Counted from the stretch's first letter, positions 17,852 through 28,018 are shown. The stretch is DNA of 64,000 nucleotides from an uncultured Acidimicrobiales bacterium (GCA_937922235.1 CAKZVC010000027.1:11968-75967); one strand, 5' to 3'. The notes: generated by a model from the letters alone, not told the origin. Numbers and translations are program-made.

Positions 17852-18079
17852 CTAAATCCCCTCTGCGAAGTCTCGAACCGGCTTCAAGCTGGCATTTACG
17901 GACTCGACGACGGCAGGCACAGTCGAGGTCTTGTCAGCAATGACATCAACCCCACCGGTCAGCGCTTCGAGCGTCTTGTCGACTTGATACAAGTGGCCAA
18001 TGACTCGGCTGAGTCCAACGGCGGCAAAGACCACGATTAAGAGGGCGAGGAATACCGTCACCCAGGCAACAAATGGCAT
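17852..18079 (-). CDS. Small single-pass membrane protein, paralog 2 (75 aa)
   Basis: TM VAWVTVFLALLIVVFAAVGL. AGGAG upstream of the ATG. Confidence 0.6.
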   Translation of the reverse strand: MPFVAWVTVFLALLIVVFAAVGLSRVIGHLYQVDKTLEALTGGVDVIADKTSTVPAVVESVNASLKPVRDFAEGI

Positions 18080-18085
18080 GTTCTC

Positions 18086-18340
18086 CTACTCCCCTGGTAG
18101 CAACTTGGCGACCGAACCGGCGTAGCGCACAGCGCCATCGGCCACTTCGGCAACAGTCGTATCGGTCTGGGCCAGCAAGTCTGGCGTCGTGTCGAGATCG
18201 CCAATGGCAGCAACGCCGCCGGCGAGAATGTCGTCGCTTGCTTTGCGGATGCGTTCAACCGCACCGAGCAGACGGCTGAGCAACGCCACAGCCACCAGCG
18301 CTGCGACGAGCAGCAAGATGTTTCCAATCCACCACAACAT
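18086..18340 (-). CDS. Small single-pass membrane protein, paralog 1 (84 aa)
   Basis: TM WWIGNILLLVAALVAVALL. GGAGG 6 nt upstream, inside the coxG 3' end. Junction TGATCATG. Confidence 0.6.
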   Translation of the reverse strand: MLWWIGNILLLVAALVAVALLSRLLGAVERIRKASDDILAGGVAAIGDLDTTPDLLAQTDTTVAEVADGAVRYAGSVAKLLPGE

Positions 18341-18342
18341 GA

Positions 18343-18936
18343 TCAGCCTCCTACAAGAGCGGGGTCGTACGGCATAAAGAATCGACGGAACACTCGAAGC
18401 AGCGCCATCTTGGCGGCGGCGAGGCCAATGGCGAATCCGCTCGGGCTCGAAGCCGTTGCGGTCACGTCGTCGGGGTTGCGCCCCTCGGCGATGGCGTCCA
18501 TTCGGGCTTCGGCGTTGACGGCGAAATCACGGAGCAAGACCGCAGTGACATCGCCAACGAGACCACGTCCGTATTGGGCAGCAGCACCAGAGAGGTTCAG
18601 GTCCATGGACACATCGACCTTCGTGCCGCTCGATGTTGAAGCAAGCCCTGCGTCGACCATCATCTGCGCCTGGCCACGCCCCTTCTTCTCCGCACCTGCG
18701 GCATCGATCTTGAGGGTGTGGTTGTCGTGGTTGCGTTCGAGAATCTCGGCCTCGCCGCTGAACTCGAGCTTGACCGGACCGAGTCCGATCACCACGCCAC
18801 CGGCGTATTGATCGGGGCCGATCTCTTGATCGAGCTGCGTCCCGGGCAGGCACTTGGCCACACCGGGAATGTCCTCGAAGAACTCCCAGACTTTCTCGAT
18901 CGGATGATCGACTTCGAAACTGTCGGTTATGAGCAT
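18343..18936 (-). CDS. coxG: CoxG / SRPBCC family protein (CO dehydrogenase subunit G-like)
   Basis: MLITDSFEVDHPIEKVWEFFEDIPGVAKCLPG is a typical CoxG start. Start taken at the ATG 18936, which overlaps the upstream stop (TAATG). Confidence 0.8.
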   Translation of the reverse strand: MLITDSFEVDHPIEKVWEFFEDIPGVAKCLPGTQLDQEIGPDQYAGGVVIGLGPVKLEFSGEAEILERNHDNHTLKIDAAGAEKKGRGQAQMMVDAGLASTSSGTKVDVSMDLNLSGAAAQYGRGLVGDVTAVLLRDFAVNAEARMDAIAEGRNPDDVTATASSPSGFAIGLAAAKMALLRVFRRFFMPYDPALVGG

Positions 18937-19862
18937 TAGGCCCCCTGCTTGCTTTCGAACGCCGCCCGGCAACCCGGACAGCAGAAGTAATACGTTTCAT
19001 CGCCGAGCTCGAGCGGGTTGCTCGTGGGCACGGCATCGACCGTCATGCCGCAGATCGGGTCGATTGCGGTTTCTGGTTTCGGGGCGTCGATGACGACGCC
19101 GCCGGTGAATTCGCCTGCAGCTCGCCGTTGGACGAGCTCGGCCAAGATGGCCACAGCCATCTCCTTGTGGGTGGTGCTGCCGAGGTCGAGCCCGGCCGGA
19201 ATGCGGAGCGCATCGAGCTGAGATGGTTCGATCGACTGCGTTCCTAGAAAGTCTCGAATGCTGGCGCCTCGTTTGGCCGACGCCACCACACCCACATACG
19301 CCGGTGAGGCTTTGAGCGCTGCCATGAGGACGTCCTCGTCACCGTGACCTTGGGTTGCGATGACCACGATCGAGTTGGTGGACACGCGACCTTCGCTGAA
19401 GTCGGCGCCGTCGACCAGGTCGACCTGCCAGTCGAGCTGACCCGCTTGCTGGGCCAAGGTCTGCGACATCGGCGAATCGCCGACGATCACCAGGTGAGGC
19501 ATCGACATGACCGGCTCCAAGTAGATCTGCAGAGCTCCCTCTGACTGACACGACATTTCAACGGCCATGGTTCCCTCAGGCAGGTCGCCAAACCGATCGC
19601 TTGCTCCGAGTGCGAGCAAGCGGGGCTTTCCGGCTTCGAGGGTCTTGACCGCCTCACGTTTGAACACCGGCTCGGCGCATGCGCCACCGATCCACCCGTG
19701 CATCTCGCCCTCAGCGGTGTAGATCGCCCGTGAACCGTGCTGACCCGATGACGGACCTTCACGCCACACGACCGTGGCGAGCACGAACGGCTCGCCGCGG
19801 CGCGCCAGGTCGACGGCGCGCTCAAGCACACCCCAACCTTCAACGGCGCGACCTACGTCCAC
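18936..19862 (-). CDS. XdhC/CoxF-I family maturation protein fused to a C-terminal YHS/TRASH-type metal-binding domain
   Basis: XdhC N-terminal (FVLATVVWREGPSSG...GGACAEP) and Rossmann (HLVIVGDSPMSQTLAQQA) parts. C-terminal IDPICGMTVD...YYFCCPGCRAAFE. Confidence 0.8.
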   Translation of the reverse strand: MDVGRAVEGWGVLERAVDLARRGEPFVLATVVWREGPSSGQHGSRAIYTAEGEMHGWIGGACAEPVFKREAVKTLEAGKPRLLALGASDRFGDLPEGTMAVEMSCQSEGALQIYLEPVMSMPHLVIVGDSPMSQTLAQQAGQLDWQVDLVDGADFSEGRVSTNSIVVIATQGHGDEDVLMAALKASPAYVGVVASAKRGASIRDFLGTQSIEPSQLDALRIPAGLDLGSTTHKEMAVAILAELVQRRAAGEFTGGVVIDAPKPETAIDPICGMTVDAVPTSNPLELGDETYYFCCPGCRAAFESKQGA

Positions 19863-19871
19863 TCCCAGCTC

Positions 19872-22250
19872 CTAGTGGTTCTTCACCGGCGGATGGCCGG
19901 AGACGTCTTGGCCGGTCTGGATGGCTTCGTACACACGGTCTGGGAGCAGCGGCATGTCGATGTTGCGCACGCCGATGTCCTTCAGGGCATCCATGACGGC
20001 GTTCACGAACGCAGCTGGGCCGCCCACGGTGGCGCACTCGCCAATGCCCTTTGCACCAATGGGATGGTGCGGGCACGGGGTCACCACTTCGTGGAGCTCA
20101 AAGCCAGGGGTCTCCCACGCGGTTGGTAGCAGGTAGTCCATGTAGTTCGAACCAATGCAGTTGCCATCTTCGTCGAAGGTAATGAACTGCATGTTCGCCA
20201 TGGCGTACGCCTCGGTGAGGCCCCCCATGATCTGTCCTTCGACAATCATTGGGTTGATGCGAACACCGCAGTCGTCGACCGCAACCATGCGGATGACATC
20301 CCACACGCCGGTCAGCGGATCGATCTCGACGGTCGAGATGTAACAGGCGAATGGCCACGTGAGGTTCGGCGGGTCGTAGTATGCGTTGTTCTCAAGGCCA
20401 GGCTCCATGCCGTCAGGCACGTTGCTGTAGGCGGCCATTGCGCACTCTTGAATCGTGACGCCACGGTCCTGAGCTCCACGCACGTAAAAGCGACCGAGCT
20501 CCCACTCGATGTCCTCGTCAGATACCTCAAGGAGATGGGCGGCGATCTTGCGGGCCTTGGCCCGGATCTTGCGACTCACCATCGACACGGCAGCACCAGC
20601 AACCGGTGTCGAACGCGAGGCGTAGGTGCCCATGCCGAACGGTGCCGTGTCGGTGTCGCCCTCTTCGACCACGATGTCTTCGGCAGGTATGCCGAGCTCG
20701 TGGGCCACGATCTGGGCCCAAGTGGTTTCGTGGCCCTGGCCCTGGGTCTTGGCGCCGGTTCGGAGGATCGCTTTGCCGGTCATGTGAACCCGGAGCTCAG
20801 CCGAGTCGAACATCTTGATACCCAAGATGTCGTACTCACGACTGTTGCCAGCACCGAGCGGCTCGGTCATCGTCGAGATGCCCAAGCCCAACAGGCGGCC
20901 GCGCTTTGCCGCTTCGGCCTTCTGCTCTTGGAAGGTGTCGTAGTCGATAGCATCAAGGCCAATCTGTAGACACTTCTCGTACTGACCCGAATCGGTTAGG
21001 AAACCGAACGGCGTTCGCTTCGGGAAGTCGTCATCCTTCACCAAGTTGATGCGCCGGAACTCGGCCTGGTCCATGCCGAGATCGTCGGCGGCAGCCTGGA
21101 CCATTCGCTCCTGGAAGAACATCGCTTCGGTGACTCGGAACGAACATCGATACGCAACGCCACCGGGCGCCTTGTTTGTATAGACGCCCCGGTTGGTCAG
21201 GTAGGCGGTTGGAATGTCGTAGCAGGCAAAGGCTGAGTGGATAAGGCCGATCTTGAACTTCGATGGCTGGGCATCGGAGAAGAATGCGCCGTGATCGGAA
21301 ACGGTATCCATACGGACGCCGAGGATCTTGCCATCCTTTCGCATGGCGACCTTGCCCTTGAGGTACACATCGCGGCCAAAGCCCGTCGAGATCAGGTTGC
21401 CCGTCTTGTCTTCGATCCACTTGACCGGCTTCTCGAGGAGAATCGACGCAAGGATCGAGATGACATACCCCGGGTAAACCGGAACCTTGTTACCGAAACC
21501 GCCACCAAGGTCGGGGGCGATGATTCGGATCATGTGCTCAGGAATCTCGGCCACCATCGACACCGCGGCACGCACGATGTGCGGCGCCTGGCTCGTCATG
21601 TAGACGGTGAGCTTCGAGGTCGACCGGTCATAGTCGGCAATCGAGCCGCACGCTTCGATCGGGCTCGGGTGCGAGCGTGGGTAGTGCAGGTCGATCTCGG
21701 AGACGACGTCAGCCTCGGCGAAGGCACGGTCGGTTCCTTCTCGATCGCCCACCTCCCAATCGAAGATGACGTTGTTGGACTGGTTGACCTTGTCATCACG
21801 AATGAGCACGGCGTCGTCGGCCATTGCCTGGGTCGGGTTGACGATCGGCGGGAGCGGTTCGTAATCGACGACGATTGCCTCGACGCCATCACGAGCAATG
21901 TAGGGGTCGTCGGCAATAACGGCGCAGACCTCTTGCCCCTGGAAGCGAACCTTGTCAGTGGCGAGCACGGCTTGGGTGTCGTACGACAGCGTTGGCATCC
22001 ACGCGAGGTTGCGGGCGGCCATCATTTCGCCGGTCATGACCATGCGCACACCGGGGATGGCGTAGGCCGCACTGGTGTCGATCGACTTGATACGAGCGTG
22101 AGCGAGCGGGCTACGCAGGATCTCCATATGGAGCATGCCCGGCAGCACCACGTCGTCTACGTAGTTGCCCTTGCCTCGGATAAACCGGTTGTCTTCGACA
22201 CGGCGACGGCTTGCACCGAGACCGCCAATTTTGACTTCGTCGAGTGCCAT
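19872..22250 (-). CDS. coxL: Form-I aerobic CO dehydrogenase large (Mo-Cu, MCD) subunit
   Basis: 792 aa of the xanthine-oxidase family. Carries the form-I active-site loop VAYRCSFR (AYRCSFR at 21135-21155, verified on the DNA). Confidence 0.93.
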   Translation of the reverse strand: MALDEVKIGGLGASRRRVEDNRFIRGKGNYVDDVVLPGMLHMEILRSPLAHARIKSIDTSAAYAIPGVRMVMTGEMMAARNLAWMPTLSYDTQAVLATDKVRFQGQEVCAVIADDPYIARDGVEAIVVDYEPLPPIVNPTQAMADDAVLIRDDKVNQSNNVIFDWEVGDREGTDRAFAEADVVSEIDLHYPRSHPSPIEACGSIADYDRSTSKLTVYMTSQAPHIVRAAVSMVAEIPEHMIRIIAPDLGGGFGNKVPVYPGYVISILASILLEKPVKWIEDKTGNLISTGFGRDVYLKGKVAMRKDGKILGVRMDTVSDHGAFFSDAQPSKFKIGLIHSAFACYDIPTAYLTNRGVYTNKAPGGVAYRCSFRVTEAMFFQERMVQAAADDLGMDQAEFRRINLVKDDDFPKRTPFGFLTDSGQYEKCLQIGLDAIDYDTFQEQKAEAAKRGRLLGLGISTMTEPLGAGNSREYDILGIKMFDSAELRVHMTGKAILRTGAKTQGQGHETTWAQIVAHELGIPAEDIVVEEGDTDTAPFGMGTYASRSTPVAGAAVSMVSRKIRAKARKIAAHLLEVSDEDIEWELGRFYVRGAQDRGVTIQECAMAAYSNVPDGMEPGLENNAYYDPPNLTWPFACYISTVEIDPLTGVWDVIRMVAVDDCGVRINPMIVEGQIMGGLTEAYAMANMQFITFDEDGNCIGSNYMDYLLPTAWETPGFELHEVVTPCPHHPIGAKGIGECATVGGPAAFVNAVMDALKDIGVRNIDMPLLPDRVYEAIQTGQDVSGHPPVKNH

Positions 22251-22927
22251 CAGGCGTCTCCTCCTGTGTCTTCCGCAATCGCAGATTCGTCGCTGCGCTC
22301 CTCGGACTGCTCTGCTGACTCTTCCTTAGCTTCTTCTTGTGCACCCGGTGCGGGAGCTGCAGCCTCTGGGGCTGCCCCCATGGATGCCACCGCTGCGGCT
22401 GGGTCGGCATCACCACGCATCTTTGCCGCGGCCCACAACACCGCCTTGACGATGTTCTGATAACCCGTGCAGCGGCACAGGTTGCCAGACAGCGCCCAGC
22501 GCACCTCGTCCTCGGTCGGGTTCGGGTTCTCATCGAGCAGCGCCTTTGCCGACATCATCATGCCGGGAGTGCAGAACCCACACTGCAACCCGTGCTCGTC
22601 CTTGAAGCCCTCCTGGATTGGGTGGAGTTCGCTGGCAGTTGCCATGCCCTCGACCGTCATCACCTCACGTCCGTTGGCCTGCACGGCAAACACAGTGCAG
22701 CTCTTCACCGGAGCACCGTCCATCAGCACCGTGCACGCACCACAGTTCGTGGTGTCGCAACCCGTGTGGGTACCAGTGAGGCGAAACCCATTACGGATGA
22801 GGTGGGCCAGCAACAGTCGTGGCTCGATCTGGGCAGCCTTCGACTCACCGTTGATCTTGATATCGACCCGAGTCGTCTGGATCTCATCGGTAGCCGCGGG
22901 CTGGAGTTCTTCAAAGAGGCTCGTCAT
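22250..22927 (-). CDS. coxS: CO dehydrogenase small [2Fe-2S] subunit with about 60-aa acidic Ala/Pro/Glu-rich C-terminal tail
   Basis: Cys motifs [11 protein letters not shown] and CGFCTPG...CRCTGY. Located between coxM and coxL. Confidence 0.9.
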   Translation of the reverse strand: MTSLFEELQPAATDEIQTTRVDIKINGESKAAQIEPRLLLAHLIRNGFRLTGTHTGCDTTNCGACTVLMDGAPVKSCTVFAVQANGREVMTVEGMATASELHPIQEGFKDEHGLQCGFCTPGMMMSAKALLDENPNPTEDEVRWALSGNLCRCTGYQNIVKAVLWAAAKMRGDADPAAAVASMGAAPEAAAPAPGAQEEAKEESAEQSEERSDESAIAEDTGGDA

Positions 22928-23799
22928 TACGCAACCTGCATTTCTGATCGTTGGACATTGGCGATAATTCGGGTGACGAAGGTCGAGATGATATGGCGCT
23001 TGTAGTCGGCGCTTCCCCGGTGGTCACCTCGTGGTGACGACGCTGCGGCAGCGAGCTCGGCGGCCTTGTCGACCGAGGCCTCGTCGAGGCTCGTGCCGAT
23101 AAGGGCCTGCGCTGCCTCTTCGGCGTTAATCGTTTGCGCTCCGACACCCACGAGCCCGATGCCTGCGTTCTTGACCACGCCGCCTGACATGTCGAGTGCA
23201 ACCGCAACTGCGGCAGTGGCAAAGTCGCCGACTCGACGTTCGAGCTTGAGGTAGCCACCGGTGCGAGTGCCTTGGGCGTTCGGCACGACAGCTTCGATTG
23301 CGAGCTCGTCACGGTCGAGCACCGTGGTGAACGGCCCGGAGACGAAATCCTTCACTTCAACCGCACGCTTGCCGTTCGGACCTTGGGCGATGATCGACCC
23401 GCCGAGAGCCACCATGCAGGCAGCCCAATCGCCTTGCGGATCGGCGTGACACACCGATCCAACGAAGGTGCCTCGGGTACGCACGATTGGGTCGGCGACA
23501 AGGGGTGCAGCAGCTGCGAGTAGCGGCTGGTGCTCGGCCAGGACCGACGACTTCTCCAAGTCGGCGTGACGGCAGAGCGCACCGATCCGGAACGAGCCGT
23601 CGGCGTCTGCCCGGTGATATCCGAGGTCAGGAATGTTGTTGATGTCGACCAAAAGGGCCGGGCTCGCAAAGCGGAGCTTCATCATCGGAATAAGGCTCTG
23701 ACCGCCGGCGAGCACCTTGGCGTCGTCGTTCGCTCCAAGGAGCGCAATGGCTTCCTCGACGCTGGTTGGAGCTTCATAACGGAAGCGGGAAGGGAACAT
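22927..23799 (-). CDS. coxM: CO dehydrogenase medium FAD-binding subunit
   Basis: 290 aa. [21 protein letters not shown]...[13 protein letters not shown] is typical of the FAD_binding_5 / CO_deh_flav_C family. Confidence 0.9.
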   Translation of the reverse strand: MFPSRFRYEAPTSVEEAIALLGANDDAKVLAGGQSLIPMMKLRFASPALLVDINNIPDLGYHRADADGSFRIGALCRHADLEKSSVLAEHQPLLAAAAPLVADPIVRTRGTFVGSVCHADPQGDWAACMVALGGSIIAQGPNGKRAVEVKDFVSGPFTTVLDRDELAIEAVVPNAQGTRTGGYLKLERRVGDFATAAVAVALDMSGGVVKNAGIGLVGVGAQTINAEEAAQALIGTSLDEASVDKAAELAAAASSPRGDHRGSADYKRHIISTFVTRIIANVQRSEMQVA

Positions 23800-24348
23800 G
23801 AGTACTCGGTTTCTCTTCTAGGAATGATCGACTGGGATGACTGGCGTTACTCGCCTGGGTCCGGGACGGCGCGAGGCAGCGAATCCGGATCGGGGTCGGG
23901 GCGCTTCTCCTGGTGGGGAGGCCATGGCCCCTGCACGGGCTGGCTTGCGACTTTCAGGTGATCAACAAACGCGGGCCACGCCCACACCGTCGGCCCAGGG
24001 CCTTCTTTCGGTGTTTCTTCGATGAGCTCGTACAGCCTCGGATTTCCTTGGCTCTTCCCCGTCGACTCAATCGGCACTACGCGTTCCCCCCGTATGTTGC
24101 GCCACAACCACAAATTGTGACACTCGACACCATAGGGTGACCATGGACACGCCAGCTAGTTGGATGAGGATTTCTTCCCAGTGGTCCAAGGCAGCTGCGA
24201 ACCCTGAAGCCCGCAAATCCAGCGGCGGAAGCACAGGCGAATGTGTCTGGCCATGTCGAAGCCTCGGACGAAGGAATTTCCTTGCCGGTGTAAGAAAGTT
24301 CTGCGTGCTGCGTCTGATTGGATACGACGAGGTACAGGAGGCCCGCTC

Positions 24349-25827
24349 ATGACATCCCGGCACGTGTCTGCCCTGGTGGCGCTAGCAATCGCGGTAACAG
24401 CATGCAGCTCGGTGACAAGCGAGAACGGTTCGGCCACCACATCGACAACCACCGTGGTCCAGACAACGACCATTGAACAGACAACGACGACCACCGCGAC
24501 GACTACCCCATCAACTGCTGCGAGCAACACGACAGCCACGCCGACAACGACCACACCGACCGAGGTGACCGTTGAGTGGATCGTGCAGGTGCTCAACAAC
24601 GGCGGCGAAGTGACCACGGCTGAAATCGAACAGCGGTTCAGCCCGAGCTTCCTTGCGGAGATCCCCGCCGAGCAGATCGTGGCACTCTTCCCGCAGCTCG
24701 TGTCGGGGCTCGAACTACCGGTCGCTCCTGACAGCATCGAGACCGTAGACGGCATCTGGGAAAAGACGGCACTGATCGCATCTGATGGCGCCCGCCTCCC
24801 TGTCGAACTCGCAGTCTCGCCAGGCACGCCTCCGAAGATCCTGGGCATCTTGTTCGGGCAAATCGAATTCGCCGAGAAAGCAACGATCGAATCGATCGAC
24901 GTCCGGCTAAACGAGCTCGGTCAACAATCGTCGCTTGGGGTGTACGAGGTCACCAACGGCACGTGCACTGTCGTCCACCAATTGCGAGCCGACCAACCGA
25001 TCGTGCTCGGGTCGATCTTCAAGCTTTGGGTTCTCTCCGCACTCGCCAACGAGATCGATGCAGGCAGAGCAAGCTGGAACGAAACCGTTCCGGTCACCGA
25101 CGAACTTCGCAGCAGCCCCGACGGTGAGATCTTCTTTCTGGAGACGGGCACCGAGGTCTCCCTACAAGACTTGGCCGAAGCGATGATCTCCCTTTCGGAT
25201 AACACGGCGACCGACATGCTTGTCAACCGCCTTGGCCGCTCCGCAGTCGAGGCAGTCCTCGATGACCTTGGCATCGACAACCCGACCAATCGACCAATAC
25301 TCTCGACAGGCAACCTGTTCAGCATCAAGTTCGATCCCGACGCTCCAAACTCCGATGACTATCGAGCACTAGATGAGTCCGGCAAGCGAGAGCTGTTAGA
25401 GCAGCTCGACGCGCGGGCCGTGCGGTGGGTGGCCGAGGACCTTTCACTCGATGAACTCGCAGAGCTCACCAACTCCGAAGGCGTTCCGCTCGACCAACCA
25501 CGGGACTTCGATATCGAATGGTTCGCAACCGCTGAGCAGATCTGTCGCACCTACCTTCGCCTCAACGCTCAGGCCCAAACGGACGGGCTCGAAGTCGTGG
25601 CCGACATTCTTGAAGTGAATCCGGGTGTCGACTTCGATACAGACCGTTGGCCAACCATTCGCTATAAGGGCGGATCCGAGCCTGGCGTCCTTGCCATGGC
25701 TTGGTGGATTGAAGGGAACGACGCTCGCCGCTACGTAGTCGTCGGCGGGATTACCGACGCCGACGCGGCGCTCGATGAGTTTGCTGCCACTAGCGTCCTC
25801 TCATCAGCCGTCGAGCTCGTCGAATGA
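24349..25827 (+). CDS. Lipoprotein serine hydrolase, class-A beta-lactamase-like fold, with Thr-rich linker
   Basis: Lipobox AIAVTAC|SS and a poly-Thr linker. Motifs SIFK (SxxK), SDN and KGG(S) in the correct order. AGGAGG upstream of ATG 24349. Confidence 0.75.
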   Translation: MTSRHVSALVALAIAVTACSSVTSENGSATTSTTTVVQTTTIEQTTTTTATTTPSTAASNTTATPTTTTPTEVTVEWIVQVLNNGGEVTTAEIEQRFSPSFLAEIPAEQIVALFPQLVSGLELPVAPDSIETVDGIWEKTALIASDGARLPVELAVSPGTPPKILGILFGQIEFAEKATIESIDVRLNELGQQSSLGVYEVTNGTCTVVHQLRADQPIVLGSIFKLWVLSALANEIDAGRASWNETVPVTDELRSSPDGEIFFLETGTEVSLQDLAEAMISLSDNTATDMLVNRLGRSAVEAVLDDLGIDNPTNRPILSTGNLFSIKFDPDAPNSDDYRALDESGKRELLEQLDARAVRWVAEDLSLDELAELTNSEGVPLDQPRDFDIEWFATAEQICRTYLRLNAQAQTDGLEVVADILEVNPGVDFDTDRWPTIRYKGGSEPGVLAMAWWIEGNDARRYVVVGGITDADAALDEFAATSVLSSAVELVE

Positions 25828-26315
25828 GCCGATCCGTCGACCAACAGACAGTGTTCGACAGCTGGATGACTGAGCACCGGGGCATCATCACAAAGATCGT
25901 CCGAAGCTTTACTGCACACGACTCGGATGCTGAAGACCTCACGCAAGACATCAGCTTCGCCTTATGGCGATCGATCCCGTCGTTTCGTGGCGAAGCGAAA
26001 CCGTCAACATGGATCTGGCGGATCGCACTGAACCAGGCAATCTCGTGGAAACGAACCGCCCCCGAGAGCCACGCTGATATCGATGCCGTGGGAGCGGCGG
26101 TTCGTGATGGTGCGGCCGACGGTGTGATGGTCGACCGGATCTACGAAGCCATCCGCACTCTTGTACCTATCGACAGGTCGATCATCATGCTGTCCCTTGA
26201 CGGCTTCACCTACGCCGAGATTGCCGACATCACAGGGCTGACCGAGTCGAACGTCGGCGCCCGTCTAACCCGGACTCGCACCCGACTTACCAGCCACCTG
26301 GAGGACGCTCCATGA
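25824..26315 (+). CDS. ECF-type RNA polymerase sigma factor
   Basis: Region 2 (DAEDLTQDISFALWRSIPSFRG) and region 4 (YAEIADITGLTESNVGARLTRTR). ATGA overlap with the upstream gene. Confidence 0.85.
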   Translation: MSRSVDQQTVFDSWMTEHRGIITKIVRSFTAHDSDAEDLTQDISFALWRSIPSFRGEAKPSTWIWRIALNQAISWKRTAPESHADIDAVGAAVRDGAADGVMVDRIYEAIRTLVPIDRSIIMLSLDGFTYAEIADITGLTESNVGARLTRTRTRLTSHLEDAP

Positions 26316-26923
26316 ACGAGCAGTTCAACCCCAACGACCCCTTGCAGCAAGCGTGGGCAACCCAGGACGACAGTCTGCGTCCGGCAGATGTCGCCGCTGC
26401 CAGCACATCAACGGCTGATGCTCATCGCAAGGAGCAACGCCATCTCGTGTGGCTCAACCTTCGCGAAATCATCCCTTCATTCTTTACGGCTGCGATCTTC
26501 TCCACAATTGCGCCAACGATTCAGCGCACGTTCGCGATGTACATCGCAGCAGGCCTTTTCTTGTTCATCGGCATCTACATGGCCGCCAATTCGATTCGGC
26601 ACCACCGGGCCGATGCTCGTTGGGGAGCATCGGTGCGCGAGCAGATGGAACGGCGGCTTGACCAACTCCACCACCGAGCCAACCTGTACCGGACAACTCC
26701 GATTTGGTACTTCTTGCCAGCAACCGTTGCGATGGGACTGGTGATCTATGCACTCGGAGCCGAGGATGCTGGACTATCTGCGCAGATTTTCGCTGGTCTG
26801 TTCGCGCTCACGATTCTCGCAAGCTGGCGGAAAGCCAAGAAGGAAGGCCAGGTCTATATCGATGAGATTGAGCGGCTGTCGCCGATCCTTGCCGACTTCG
26901 TCGAGCAGACTGACGACCATTAG
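26312..26923 (+). CDS. Multi-pass membrane protein, possible cognate anti-sigma factor
   Basis: ATGA overlap with the sigma gene and about 4 hydrophobic helices. No conserved anti-sigma motif recognised. Confidence 0.45.
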   Translation: MNEQFNPNDPLQQAWATQDDSLRPADVAAASTSTADAHRKEQRHLVWLNLREIIPSFFTAAIFSTIAPTIQRTFAMYIAAGLFLFIGIYMAANSIRHHRADARWGASVREQMERRLDQLHHRANLYRTTPIWYFLPATVAMGLVIYALGAEDAGLSAQIFAGLFALTILASWRKAKKEGQVYIDEIERLSPILADFVEQTDDH

Positions 26924-27019
26924 CTGTCCATACGGCATCCGAGTTGACCGCGGCTAGTTCGTCGCATGGGGGGTGACCTCCCCGGTAACGGCTGGCAACG
27001 TCGGTGTTAGGTTCCTCAC

Positions 27020-28018
27020 ATGACGCTCCGAAGACTTGCTCTCGCGGCCTCCCTTGCATGTGCCTTGGCGGGCTGTTCATTCGACTTCTCCGTTGGCGGA
27101 GGTGAGTCTGCTGCCGACACGGCTGTCCGAGTTATCGAGGAGGAGCTGGTCGATGCGATCGGGCTCGGCCCGATCGAAGCCACCTGCAACTCCCCCGCGA
27201 CCGAAGAGGTCGGCGCCACCTGGACATGCACGGGCGACGCTGGTGGCACAACCATCGACTTCGTTGCCGAGCTGGAGACCGAGACCTTCGTCAATGTGGA
27301 GACAACCAACCTGATCGTCGGCAGTCAGGTTGAGCGAGTTTCGGTCGAGGCTGGCAAGGTCATCTCCGACCTTGGAGGGTTTGAGCTTCCTGCCGATGCC
27401 GTTGACTGCGGGACAGACTCGATCGTCCTCGGAGTGGACAACACAATGCCGTGCACCGTGACCATCGACGGTGAGGCGATCGATACAACGATCGAGATAA
27501 CCGACCTCGAGAACACTTCGTTCGAGATCGACACCGACCCGCTGGCTCCAGCGCTCGCCATCCCGAGTTTGAAAGCCACGGCAGAGCAGACCATCGAAGG
27601 CGAGCTGGCCGACGTGATTGGTCTTGGACCCATCGACGCGTCGTGCGACCAACCGCCGTCCACCGACGCTGATGCTTCGTGGACCTGCACGGGTGAGGTC
27701 GGTGGCCAGACTGCCGAGTTCGTGGCGGTCACCGACGGCGATGCCAACGTAAACGTCAACACGACCAACGTGATTCTGGCCGATCAAGTGTCTGCGTTCG
27801 CCATCGCTGCGATGCAACAGCTAAATCAGTCGGTTGGCGCTTCCCTGCCCGACGAGGCCATGGACTGTGGGAGCGAGGCGATCATCATGCCGCCATCGCT
27901 CGAGTTCGTGTGTGCCCTCGACGCAGGAAGCGAAGGTGTGTATGACGCAACGATCACGGTGACCGACCCCGACACCGGAGCGTTCACGGTCGTCGTCGGC
28001 GACACGCCTCGGGGCTAG
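27020..28018 (+). CDS. Lipoprotein with two DUF4333-like repeats
   Basis: Lipobox LACALAGC|S. Internal duplication: ...LVDAIGLGPIEATCNSP...WTCTGDAGG... versus ...LADVIGLGPIDASCDQP...WTCTGEVGG... Confidence 0.65.
   Translation: MTLRRLALAASLACALAGCSFDFSVGGGESAADTAVRVIEEELVDAIGLGPIEATCNSPATEEVGATWTCTGDAGGTTIDFVAELETETFVNVETTNLIVGSQVERVSVEAGKVISDLGGFELPADAVDCGTDSIVLGVDNTMPCTVTIDGEAIDTTIEITDLENTSFEIDTDPLAPALAIPSLKATAEQTIEGELADVIGLGPIDASCDQPPSTDADASWTCTGEVGGQTAEFVAVTDGDANVNVNTTNVILADQVSAFAIAAMQQLNQSVGASLPDEAMDCGSEAIIMPPSLEFVCALDAGSEGVYDATITVTDPDTGAFTVVVGDTPRG

Noticed and set aside
21237-22460. 407-aa plus-strand ORF antisense to coxL and coxS. The same reasoning applies to 48934-50310 (antisense to gatB), 61479-62744 (antisense to the kinase), 52104-53168, 31619-33055, 44669-45649 and 40964-41746.
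   Set aside because: These are high-GC antisense open frames overlapping confidently identified genes. None has a recognisable domain, RBS or sensible start context.
23847-24113. 88-aa minus-strand ORF immediately upstream of coxM.
   Set aside because: It is Pro/Gly-rich, with no recognisable domain or RBS. It could be a leader peptide or a real small gene, but the region more likely holds the cox promoter. Left uncalled.
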